Both the position numbers and the translations under genes were made by a program. The notes beneath the pieces were generated by a model. It was given only the letters and a program-made list of their open reading frames with translations. It was not told the origin of the DNA and made no database searches. DNA of 63,433 nt, counting the filler, from Nemertoderma westbladi (Eukaryota; Animalia; Xenacoelomorpha), in NCBI GenBank assembly GCA_032718475.1. It is 3 parts of 3 records of this genome, joined end to end, with 100 filler letters (N's around TTAATTAATTAA, not from the genome) between each part and the next. Parts side by side here need not be neighbours in the genome. Positions count along the whole stretch, not along the records: positions 1 to 26,381 come from JAUCBJ010002214.1; 2 more parts are not named here. One strand, given 5' to 3'. Each line of letters opens with the position of its first letter. Within the stretch, counting starts at the first letter, position 1. Below, piece after piece: positions 1 to 10,559 of this stretch.

Positions 1-1212
1 CTTTTTAGATGTTTGGCATCTTTCCAGTAATTTTTTATTTCGCACCCTGATATTGTTCGACTTCTTTTTGTGCTGTTTCTTGGGTATATATTCATAGGCA
101 GTATCATAAAATATTGCTTTCAGCGAATGACCGTACCAATCTATGTCCCTCTTTGTCCACTTTCGATCAAAACAGGAAACAATGTCCTTTAGCCTATTCA
201 ACTTGTGCTCGGTTTCTTGCATATACTTAGATAGCTTTTCCTTACTGCACTTTTCCCACGCAAAACGATGTATCCTTTGTACATTTTTTGTTGAAATTTT
301 TTCTTTTTCTTCACGTTTTACTTCTAGTTTAAAACAAACGAGGACTGGGACATGATCAGAATTATTGTGAACCTCATCCATACCAAAAACGAAGCCTTGA
401 TGAATACTATTTGCTCCAGACCTAGATGTCACTATGTGATCGATGTATGATTTGTTGCGTCCATGAAAAGTTACAGTTGGACCTTGAAAAGCTGAGAATG
501 TGTCCACTGCATGAATACCTTGTTGCATTAAAAACTCATGAAATATTTTTCCCCTAGCTGATGCATGTTCTCGACTAAAACGCAGTCCCTGCAGAGGCCC
601 AACATCAGCGTTGAAGTCGCCAATTAGTATCGGGAGACTATTTGGGTACGACTTTAGGATGTTTGTCAGGCGACCTAAGAAGTCATAAAATTCACTAACT
701 GGTTTACCAGCATCCGGAGCATATACATTCAGCACTAACAAATCCAAGTTACCCAAAGTAGCCTTGATACCTATGATGTCATTGCTAGATTCGAGCGGCA
801 TAGTGTAGTCAAATAGGTTTTTCCTAATGAGCAAGCCGACTCCCCCACGAACTACTGCACAATGTTTAGTTTGATGGCCAGGAATATATAGGCATTCATA
901 ATTATTTTTAAAGCTTTCACACCAAATTTTTTCACATTCCGTCCCATCCAACCATAGTTCTTGTATTCCACAAATATCTACATTATGTTCATCCAACAAT
1001 TTATCGACGTACATCATATTGCTAAGTGCTCCCCTTACATTAAAAGTCAGGCAGTTCAAATTAGTTTTGGTAACTACAGCAGAATTATTTTCTTTAAAAT
1101 TGGTGCATTTTGCATCCAAGCCGGAGCCATTAGAATTGAGCGCTGTAGCACCATCCTGAGCACCAGATCCATCTTTATTGTTAAACACGAATCCTCTTTC
1201 TTCTCCCTTCAG
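1..1212 (-). CDS. LINE ORF2, N-terminal part (APE endonuclease and start of linker); runs off the window
   Basis: Hand translation is stop-free from 1212 to 1 and shows APE motifs in order: CLTFNVRG, DICGIQELW, RGGVGLL, NVYAP, IGDFNAD, SYIDHI, NSDHVPV. Missing from the ORF track because no stop lies in the window. RT domain not visible, so clade not assigned. Confidence 0.92.
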   Translation of the reverse strand, partial: MKGEERGFVFNNKDGSGAQDGATALNSNGSGLDAKCTNFKENNSAVVTKTNLNCLTFNVRGALSNMMYVDKLLDEHNVDICGIQELWLDGTECEKIWCESFKNNYECLYIPGHQTKHCAVVRGGVGLLIRKNLFDYTMPLESSNDIIGIKATLGNLDLLVLNVYAPDAGKPVSEFYDFLGRLTNILKSYPNSLPILIGDFNADVGPLQGLRFSREHASARGKIFHEFLMQQGIHAVDTFSAFQGPTVTFHGRNKSYIDHIVTSRSGANSIHQGFVFGMDEVHNNSDHVPVLVCFKLEVKREEKEKISTKNVQRIHRFAWEKCSKEKLSKYMQETEHKLNRLKDIVSCFDRKWTKRDIDWYGHSLKAIFYDTAYEYIPKKQHKKKSNNIRVRNKKLLERCQTSKK

Positions 1213-4200
1213 TTACCCTATAATGATATTGCTTGGGGCTGAAATCTCTTTCTACTGGATAAAGGCAGTTATCCAATTCTACATACTCTGACAAGTCTCT
1301 CTCTTTAAAGTCCAATGGAGTATTATAAGCAGTTGCGCGTTCTTCCCATCTAACACAAGTGATACCATCTGGCCAGAAAGATGGCTCCAAAAGATCTTGT
1401 TTACAGTTTCTCTCCATAATGAGCTTCATGTTTTTAATTCCATCAAAGATTCTTGTGGTTATACGGTGAATACGTGCCCCGCGATGTTCTACATAGGCGA
1501 CAATGTCTTCCTCTGTATGTTTGCAGTTGATACCATTTACAAAAAACACCTGTGATTCAAGTTGTTTTCTGCCATTATTTGAATTCCCCTTTTCTCTATG
1601 TGAGTCGTTTTCTTTTCTCTTAACATCATGTTTATCCATATCCCTACATGAAAAGTTGGTCTTTAAGTCTTTGTTCTTTGTTTCCATTTTATTATTCACT
1701 GTGACATTAATTGTGTTCAAATGTTGTTGTTTTGGAAGAGAGCTGGATTTTGTATTTGTAACACTTTCGGTACTTTCAGTCTGTTTTATCTCTGGAAAAG
1801 TGTACCTGTTAGAGACTGGTATCTGAAATGCGTGACTTCCGTTTTGATTAATGAAGTTAACGCGTTTCCTTGTGCAATTCTTTGACTTGACTATGGTATA
1901 TTCCGGTTCTTTCTTCCCAAAGGTATCAAGAACCTCATTATCTGTATCACCTATGGAATCAATCACTATGAAACAGTCATCTTGGGATCCCTTGATTGAT
2001 GCTTGACATACATTCTGAGCAATAGTTACACTTGTAATTGGTTTTTCTTTCATAGGCTGTGTCTGATTGTTATCTTTAGTACTCTCAACTTGTTGTTCAG
2101 CATTCCCTTTGATCAATTTTGTTAATGTTTCCATCTGATACTGAAGGACGTTTCTCAGCCGTCTTTCATGCTCTAATTCTTCACGTAGAAAACCCACTTC
2201 TTGCTTTAATGATGTTATATGAGTCTCTGTCTGGCTGAGTCTACCTTGGAGTACGGCAGAGGAATTTATACATTCCTGATGGACATCCTCCAGAGTTGTG
2301 GACCCATCACTGTTGAGCTCCTTCCTTTTAAGCCGGCGCTTGCAGCATTCTGTGAAATTGTTTGATTCTTTGCATTTGTAGATCTCATAAATGTCAGTGA
2401 CCAGCTCCTTTAGTGCCGCCCTGGATCGTAGCTGCAATGTGACAGAGTTTGTTGGGGACATTAAAGATTTTATGTCAGTAAAAAATTGACTTCTCAAAAC
2501 ATTACATTCTTCAGTTGTGTACGTTTTCATCATCTGTTTAATCGCAAATTGTCGCGGTTGTTGCATGATCTGATGAAAAATTGATCCATCCGAAGTATTA
2601 ATATGATTATTTTTCTGCTTATATCCAGGGTCTTCAGTGGAGTCAAAGGAACTTGTTTCCTGGTTTCCCAATGAATTTTGTAGTCGCTTAGTAGAAACCG
2701 AATCCATACTTAGACAGAAATTCTCCTTATTTTTATCGAAAGTATTTTGATATCTTTTTTCTCCTCGTTGTATCTGAGAAAAACTAAAGATACCTGCAGA
2801 TTCAATTAGTTTGCATTCTGTCAGGCATTCAAGAATCCACTTGCGTGCTTTCGCACTATCAAACACCACATCTGGGAGAACAACAGTATTTAAACCGCAG
2901 GCTAGAGCATAGTAGCACACAAAAACTCCACAATCAATACTGTTTCTTTGTTTCGCGAATTTCCTTGTCGAGACAGCTGAAAACCAAATTTTTTTGTGTC
3001 TTTCTTCCGTTTCAGGAGACAGTTCATCAATTAATGCCAACAGTTTGCAGATTTCCTCAGTAGTGGCTGTAGGTACATTTATATTTAGTGAATCAATACA
3101 TTCAACTTGCCTGGTCAGGGTATCAGCTATATGAAGTATAAAATGATTGCTCTGACATTCCGGGAAGAAAATATATCTTGGTTGAAGACCATCAGTATTA
3201 AATTTTCCATAATAAGCCTTTGCAATATACTTCACAGCACTTAAATTATCGTAGACTCGTGTCCCTTCAACCCAGTCCAAAGATTGTAATTTAGTTGTAA
3301 GACAGCAGCTAACGTAGGAAGTGTGAGGAATGTTTCGTTCAACTAAACTTAGAAACCCCTCAAGTATGGAGTCAGTTAGCCAATCTCGGGTGTTAAGGAG
3401 ATTTAAATCTGCAACTGATTGAAGAACAAGTCCCCTAGTACCAGGCTTAGCATCAGAACAACATTGCAAATAATCCTTAATTGCCTTTGAGTTGTCATGT
3501 CGAAAATTTGATTGACTACAGGGATAGACTTCTACGTGACAGGCTTGATTGAAATTCTTTGATTCCTCTACCAAGGCAGTTTCATGTTTCTCTTGATTTC
3601 CGGGACACTTACCAGCATAATGCGATGGCTGAAATGGAGCCACACCTGGGTCTAGTTGGTGTTGGTTTGATTTGTTTGCGCTCAAATTGGAAATCTCATA
3701 CGAAATCTGATCCAGTGAACCAGAGACCAGCTCCCCATCCGGCTCCACCACAGCCCGATCCAATCCCAGATTTGTCGACCCAGAAGGTGAACCCTCGACC
3801 GGAGGAGAAGGAGGGTTGGATCCCGGAGATGGCGACCCGGAAGGTGAACTCTCAACTGGAGGAGATGGAGAAGGAGGGTTGGATCCCGGAGACGGCGACC
3901 CGGAAGGTGAACCCTCGACTGGAGGGGAAGCAGGGTTGGATCGCGGAGATGGCGACCCGGAAACGGAACCCTCGACTGGAGGAGAATGAGGGTTGGATCC
4001 CGGAGACGGCGACCCGGAAGGTGAACCCTCAACTGGAGGAGAAGGAGGGTTGGATCCCGGAGATGGCGACCCGGAAGGTGAACCCTCGACTGGAGGAGAA
4101 GGAGGGTTGAATCCCGGAGATGGCGACCCGGAAGGTGAACCCTCGACTGGAGGAGATGGAGAGGGAGGGTTGGATCCCGGAGATGGCGACCCGGAAGCTG

Positions 4201-4768
4201 AACCCTCGACTGGAGGAGAAGGAGAATTGGATCCCGGAGATGGCGACCCGGAAGGTGAGCCCTCGACCGGAGGAGAAGGAGGGTTGGATCCCGGAGATGG
4301 CGACCCGGAAGCTGAACCCTCGACTGGAGGAGGAGGGTTGGATACCGGAGTCGGCGACCCGCAAGGTACCGGTATCTTCCTTAAACTCCAAGATCCGTCG
4401 TCTGCCAGATCCTCTATCTTATAGGGGTCAGCGGAGTGATCCTTCTTTACAGTTAACTGGGGAACACTTTCTGTGTTCTTGGGATCTCCGGGTTTACCCA
4501 ATACTGGTAGTCCTACCGTGTGGTTGTACACAGCCGATTTCCTCCTAAGGCCATCTGGTACCGTAACCGGTTGGCCTACCGATAACGATTGTCTCCGCTT
4601 TAAATCCGCCGATTTACTTGAGGTAACAGAGCTGTTTGCTTTTTTACCGGAGTTAGAGCAGAGGCCGCGTTTATTTGGCGCACAGTTTGTACATTTCCTT
4701 TGGTCGTTAACGCAGCTGCATTTATTGCAACGTCCCCTTGTAGCGGAACAGACGCAGCAAGGTGCCAT
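1181..4768 (-). CDS. LINE ORF1, 1195 aa: Cys-rich N-terminus, Pro/Ser repeat, Ulp1/C48 protease domain, coiled coil, RRM-like C-terminus
   Basis: N-terminal CCxC..C..C.C...C..C...C cluster. C48 motifs WLTDSIL, NHFIL, DSL, QRNSIDCGVFVC. Heptad region THITSLKQEVGFLREEL. C-terminal VFFVNGI...FWPDGITCVRW typical of LINE ORF1 ends. Lies directly upstream of the APE ORF2. Confidence 0.85.
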   Translation of the reverse strand: MAPCCVCSATRGRCNKCSCVNDQRKCTNCAPNKRGLCSNSGKKANSSVTSSKSADLKRRQSLSVGQPVTVPDGLRRKSAVYNHTVGLPVLGKPGDPKNTESVPQLTVKKDHSADPYKIEDLADDGSWSLRKIPVPCGSPTPVSNPPPPVEGSASGSPSPGSNPPSPPVEGSPSGSPSPGSNSPSPPVEGSASGSPSPGSNPPSPSPPVEGSPSGSPSPGFNPPSPPVEGSPSGSPSPGSNPPSPPVEGSPSGSPSPGSNPHSPPVEGSVSGSPSPRSNPASPPVEGSPSGSPSPGSNPPSPSPPVESSPSGSPSPGSNPPSPPVEGSPSGSTNLGLDRAVVEPDGELVSGSLDQISYEISNLSANKSNQHQLDPGVAPFQPSHYAGKCPGNQEKHETALVEESKNFNQACHVEVYPCSQSNFRHDNSKAIKDYLQCCSDAKPGTRGLVLQSVADLNLLNTRDWLTDSILEGFLSLVERNIPHTSYVSCCLTTKLQSLDWVEGTRVYDNLSAVKYIAKAYYGKFNTDGLQPRYIFFPECQSNHFILHIADTLTRQVECIDSLNINVPTATTEEICKLLALIDELSPETEERHKKIWFSAVSTRKFAKQRNSIDCGVFVCYYALACGLNTVVLPDVVFDSAKARKWILECLTECKLIESAGIFSFSQIQRGEKRYQNTFDKNKENFCLSMDSVSTKRLQNSLGNQETSSFDSTEDPGYKQKNNHINTSDGSIFHQIMQQPRQFAIKQMMKTYTTEECNVLRSQFFTDIKSLMSPTNSVTLQLRSRAALKELVTDIYEIYKCKESNNFTECCKRRLKRKELNSDGSTTLEDVHQECINSSAVLQGRLSQTETHITSLKQEVGFLREELEHERRLRNVLQYQMETLTKLIKGNAEQQVESTKDNNQTQPMKEKPITSVTIAQNVCQASIKGSQDDCFIVIDSIGDTDNEVLDTFGKKEPEYTIVKSKNCTRKRVNFINQNGSHAFQIPVSNRYTFPEIKQTESTESVTNTKSSSLPKQQHLNTINVTVNNKMETKNKDLKTNFSCRDMDKHDVKRKENDSHREKGNSNNGRKQLESQVFFVNGINCKHTEEDIVAYVEHRGARIHRITTRIFDGIKNMKLIMERNCKQDLLEPSFWPDGITCVRWEERATAYNTPLDFKERDLSEYVELDNCLYPVERDFSPKQYHYRVTEGRRKRIRV
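3780..4345 (-). repeat. Coding minisatellite, about 10 copies of a 57-bp unit (some 54/63 bp) encoding PPSPPVEGSPSGSPSPGSN
   Basis: Repeats of ggatcccggagatggcgacccggaaggtgaaccctcgactggagg; all length variants keep the ORF1 frame. Confidence 0.95.
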
Positions 4769-4866
4769 AATAATCTCACGATATTGATAGGTTATAATAT
4801 TTCAGCAGTATTAGTACAGCAGTATTAGTACATGTGGTGTACCGTCTACCGTATACTACTACGAGT

Positions 4867-5912
4867 ACTATATATAAAGTACACATTATATATAAAGTAC
4901 ACTTTATATATAAAGTACACATTATATATAAAGTACACATTATATATAAAGTACACATTATATATAAAGTACAAATTATATATAAAGTACACATTATATA
5001 TAAAGTACACATTATATATAAAGTACACATTATATATAAGGTACACTTTATATATAAAGTACACTTTATATATAAAGTACACATTATATATAAAGTACAA
5101 ATTATATATAAAGTACACATTATATATAAAGTACACTTTATATATAAAGTACACTTTATATATAAAGTACACTTTATATATAAAGTACACATTATATATA
5201 AAGTACACTTTATATATAAAGTACACATTATATATAAAGTACACTTTATATATAAAGTACAAATTATATATAAAGTACACATTATATATAAAGTACACTT
5301 TATATATAAAGTACACATTATATATAAAGTACACTTTATATATAAAGTACACATTATATATAAAGTACACTTTATATATAAAGTACACTTTATATATAAA
5401 GTACACATTATATATAAAGTACACATTATATATAAAGTACAAATTATATATAAAGTACACATTATATATAAAGTACAAATTATATATAAAGTACACATTA
5501 TATATAAGGTACACTTTATATATAAAGTACACTTTATATATAAGGTACACTTTATATATAAAGTACACTTTATATATAAAGTACACATTATATATAAAGT
5601 ACACATTATATATAAAGTACAAATTATATATAAAGTACACATTATATATAAAGTACACATTATATATAAAGTACACATTATATATAAGGTACACTTTATA
5701 TATAAAGTACACTTTATATATAAAGTACACATTATATATAAAGTACAAATTATATATAAAGTACACATTATATATAAAGTACACTTTATATATAAAGTAC
5801 ACATTATATATAAAGTACACTTTATATATAAAGTACACATTATATATAAAGTACACTTTATATATAAAGTACACATTATATATAAAGTACACTTTATATA
5901 TAAAGTACACAT
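4867..5912 (+). repeat. 18-bp minisatellite (tatatataaagtacacat), about 58 copies with variants
   Basis: Directly visible tandem array with acacat/acactt/acaaat variants. Confidence 0.97.
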
Positions 5913-6630
5913 TAGATTAGATTATCGCGCAAACGCGCGCAGCACCAGTCTAGCTGGCATTTATTCAAACAGTAAAAACTTAAAAATCATCAAAACATTA
6001 AAACCGCATTGAAAGTGAAGGTTAAAATGTACAGTAATAAAATGGTAGGTAAGTTACCGTTAAATGGGGTTACACAGCACGGCATTCTAAATGCACCCAA
6101 AACCAAAAAGCATCACGTCTTTTCCCTACCCTAATTGTGAAATGACATTAAAACCACAAATATCAGGATATATAATAGACCTCGTGTACTAAAATCCTGC
6201 TAGGTTTAAAATTAAACAAATGAAACAAGCAAAATCAAACATAACACGATCAAAATCGAGAAATCTGCACTGGGTACTGGGTAGACTCCTACTAGATTTA
6301 CATTTAGAAACCCGAGAAATCTGCACTGGGTACTGGGTGGGTAGTCTCCTACCGCTAAAATGCACGACATACTGTATAGAACCCAAGATCGCGAAAATAC
6401 AGAGGGTAAATCTCCTTAGATCTAGAAACTGCACAAAGTACAGGGTGATCTACTTGGTTTACATAACAAAATAGGCTACTAAGTGCACGACATAATGCAA
6501 CTTAAAATGGAAAATTAACAGGCTATCATATCTCATAATTCAAATATTCTGAAATATTCTTTTATGTGCTTATGCTTTGAACGAAAAGATACACCTGGTA
6601 TTGAAAAAGTGTTTGAAATAAAATTAGCTG

Positions 6631-7050
6631 ACTTTATATATAATGTGTACTTTATATATAATGTGTACTTTATATATAATGTGTACTTTATATATAATGT
6701 GTACTTTATATATAATGTGTACTTTATATATAATGTGTACTTTATATATAATGTGTACTTTATATATAATGTGTACTTTATATATAATGTGTACTTTATA
6801 TATAATGTGTACTTTATATATAATGTGTACTTTATATATAATGTGTACTTTATATATAATGTGTACTTTATATATAATGTGTACTTTATATATAATGTGT
6901 ACTTTATATATAATGTGTACTTTATATATAATGTGTACTTTATATATAATGTGTACTTTATATATAATGTGTACTTTATATATAATGTGTACCTTATATA
7001 TAATGTGTACTATATATATAATGTGTACCTTATATATAATGTGTACTATA
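6631..7050 (-). repeat. Inverted copy of the same 18-bp minisatellite, about 23 nearly identical copies
   Basis: atgtgtactttatatata is the reverse complement of the 4867-5912 unit. Confidence 0.97.
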
Positions 7051-7350
7051 ATGTATAATTTAAAGTTTTTTTTTACAAGGATTATATTAGAATCGCATTT
7101 TTGTAGCTTACTGTAGTTTTACGAACGCTAAGACTTAGCGAAGTCCTTTTGTTTGCTCAGCATTATAGCCTACTGTAGCTGTTTTCATATAAATTATTTA
7201 GAATTCATTCTGAAATAAAACTCCACTGTTATAATTAACAAAACAATTTATTAGAAACATTTTAAATTACGAGACATACCAGTATGCAACTTTAACTTCC
7301 AGCAGATATGTGGAACATTCAATCAAAATCAAATACTAACAATTCGGTGA

Positions 7351-8312
7351 ACGGACAATTCCGACCCGGACAATTCCGACTCGGACGATTCCGACCCGGA
7401 CAATTCCGACCCGGACTATTTTGACCCGGAAAATTCCGACCCGGACAATTCTGACCGGGCAAATTCCGACCCGGACAATTCCGACCCGGACTATTCCGAC
7501 CTGGACAATTCCGACCGGGCAAATTCCGACCAGGACAATTCCGACCCGGACAATTTCGACCCGGACAATTCCGACCCGGACAATTCCGACCCGGACGATT
7601 CCGACCCGGACAATTCCGACTGGGCAAATTCCGACCCGGACGGACAATTCCAACCCGGACAATTTCGACCCGGACAATTTCGACCTGGACAATTCCGACC
7701 AGGAAAATTTCGACCCGGATAATTTCGACCCGGACAATTCCAAACCGGACAGTTCCGACCCGGACAATTCCGACCCGGACAATTCCGGTCTGGACAATTC
7801 CGACCCGGACAATTCCGACCCAGACAATTCCGACACGGACAATTCCGACCGGGCAAATTCCGACATGGACAATTCCAACCCGGACAATTTCGACCCGGAT
7901 AATTTCGACCCGGACAATTCCAAACCGGACAGTTCCGACCCGGACAATTCCGACCGGGCAAATTCCGACCCGGACAATTCCGACCCGGAAAATTCCGACC
8001 CAGACAATTCCGACACGGACAATTCCGACCTTGACAATTCCGACCTGGACAATTCCGACCTTGACAATTCCGACCTGGACAATTCCGACCTTGACGATTC
8101 CGACACGGACAATTCCAACAAGGACAATTGCGACCCGGACATTCCGAGCCGGACAATTGCGACCCAGACAATTCCGACCCGGACAATTGCGACCTGACAA
8201 TTCCGACCCGGACAATTCCGACCCCGACAATTGCGACCCGGACAATTCCGACCTGGACAATTCCGACCCGGACAATTCTGACCCGGACAATTGCGACCCG
8301 GACAATTACGAC
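7351..8312. repeat. 15-bp GC-rich tandem repeat (cccggacaattccga), about 64 copies
   Basis: Directly visible; unit has partial dyad symmetry (tccg/cgga, gga/tcc). Confidence 0.95.
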
Positions 8313-9003
8313 CCTATTGACTTTTGTTATTGTTTTGGTTACATACTTTCCAATAATTCATAATTTTACACATTGAGACAAAATATTAACTCATCGAGGT
8401 TGGATGTGCGTCAAGTTTCGCACACATTCACCTCCATATACAGACAGTTATAACTTTTTCTAATGAATATTTCACGTTTTGCGTTACTGGACTCGGTTAT
8501 TTTACGTACGATTTTGGTGAATTATTTCATAATTTTTTGTTTCTATTTCTGTTAGTCAGAGTGAATTGTTATTTTTATGTGACAAGATAAATATGATATT
8601 AAATTATTTTATTGTAAACGTTTTTAACACCGTTGATTTTAATATTATATAATAATAAATATTAATAATATATTTTAATATAATATAACTATTATAAATG
8701 GTGATAAATAATTTAATTTTTAAAATTAATTAAATTACAGTGCAGGGCCAAACGATCCGGTTACACGTTGAATTTAGATAAATCTTTATTATTTCGAATT
8801 ATTATAATTATATATTTATTTTATATATAATTAATTATTAAAATTTGATTAATTATTTAGGTACATCCACCTAGGGTTATAATGTATCAACATATTCGGT
8901 TAGATATTGAATAATTACATTGTTCTTATATTTATTATTATTTTATTATAATAAAATGGATATCTTTGAAAGCAATAAATATTTTAATAATATTATTTTA
9001 AAT

Positions 9004-10520
9004 ACCACCACGTTCTAGAACATTTGTGTATGTATGAATATCCACGTACTATTACCACCACGTTCTAGAACATTTGTGTATGTATGAATATCCACGTTCT
9101 AGAACATTTGTGTATGTATGAATATCCACGTTCTAGAACATTTGTGTATGTATGAATATCCACGTTCTATAACATTTGTGTATATATGAATATCCACGTT
9201 CTAGAACATTTGTGTATGTATGAATATCCACGTTCTAGAACATTTGTGTATGTATGAATATCCACGTACTATTACCACCACGTTCTAGAACATTTGTGTA
9301 TGTATGAATATCCACGTACTATTACCACCACGTTCTAGAACATTTGTGTATGTATGAATATCCCACGTTCTAGAACATTTGTGTATGTATGAATATCCAC
9401 GTTCTATAACATATGTGTATATATGAATATCCACGTACTATTACTACCACGTTCTAGAACATTTGTGTATGTATGAATATCCACGTACTATTACCACCAC
9501 GTTCTAGAACATTTGTGTATGTATGAATATCCACGTACTATTACCACCACGTTCTAGAACATTTGTGTATGTATGAATATCCCACGTTCTAAAACATTTG
9601 TGTATGTATGAATATCCACGTTCTAGAACATTTGTGTATGTATGAATATCCACGTTCTATAACATTTGTGTATGTATGAATATCCATGTTCTAGAACATT
9701 TGTGTATGTATGAATATCCACGTACTATTACCACCACGTTCTAGAACATTTGTGTATGTATGAATATCCACGTACTATTACCACCACGTTCTAGAACATT
9801 TGTGTATGTATGAATATCCACGTTCTAGAACATTTGTGTATGTATGAATATCCACGTTCTATAACATATGTGTATATATGAATATCCACGTACTATTACC
9901 ACCACGTTCTAGAACATTTGTGTATGTATGAATATCCACGTACTATTACCACCACGTTCTAGAACATTTGTGTAAGTATGAATATCCACGTACTATTACC
10001 ACCACGTTCTAGAACATTTGTGTATGTATGAATATCCACGTTCTAGAACATTTGTGTATGTATGAATATCCACGTTCTAGAACATTTGTGTATGTATGAA
10101 TATCCACGTTCTATAACATTTGTGTATGTATGAATATCCACGTACTATTACCACCACGTTCTAGAACATTTGTGTATGTATGAATATCCACGTACTATTA
10201 CCACCACGTTCTAGAACATTTGTGTATGTATGAATATCCACGTACTATTACCACCACGTTCTAGAACATTTGTGTATGTATGAATACCCACGTTCTAGAA
10301 CATTTGTGTATGTATGAATATCCACGTACTATTACCACCACGTTCTAGAACATTTGTGTATGTATGAATATCCACGTTCTATAACATTTGTGTATGTATG
10401 AATATCCACGTTCTAGAACATTTGTGTATATATGAATATCCACGTTCTAGAACATTTGTGTATGTATGAATATCCACGTTCTAGAACATTTGTGTATGTA
10501 TGAATATCCACGTACTATTA
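9004..10520. repeat. Minisatellite of 34-bp units (ccacgttctagaacatttgtgtatgtatgaatat) with an optional 16-bp insert (ccacgtactattacca)
   Basis: Directly visible; 34- and 50-bp periods are mixed irregularly; each unit has the palindrome gttctagaac. Confidence 0.95.
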
Positions 10521-10559
10521 TTATGAAAAGGATAGATATATCACAGATCCGTATTGAAT

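Larger units (their letters stand above)
1..4860 (-). mobile_element. APE-type non-LTR retrotransposon, 5' half; 5' boundary uncertain (may extend through the 18-bp array to about 5950)
   Basis: ORF1-ORF2 tandem arrangement, both frames open in the window. Confidence 0.85.

Noticed and set aside
3559-4787. Antisense and alternative-frame ORFs over ORF1 (also over ARPC1 at 42832-43991)
   Set aside because: Shadow ORFs of GC-rich or repetitive coding sequence with no recognisable motifs.
4776-7116. Long ORFs such as (MCTLYI)n and (YKVHII)n
   Set aside because: Stop-free translations of an 18-bp repeat, open in several frames on both strands.
7319-8376. Pentapeptide-repeat or Ser-Asp-repeat-like ORFs
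   Set aside because: By-product of the 15-bp DNA repeat; open in many frames with no unique coding context.
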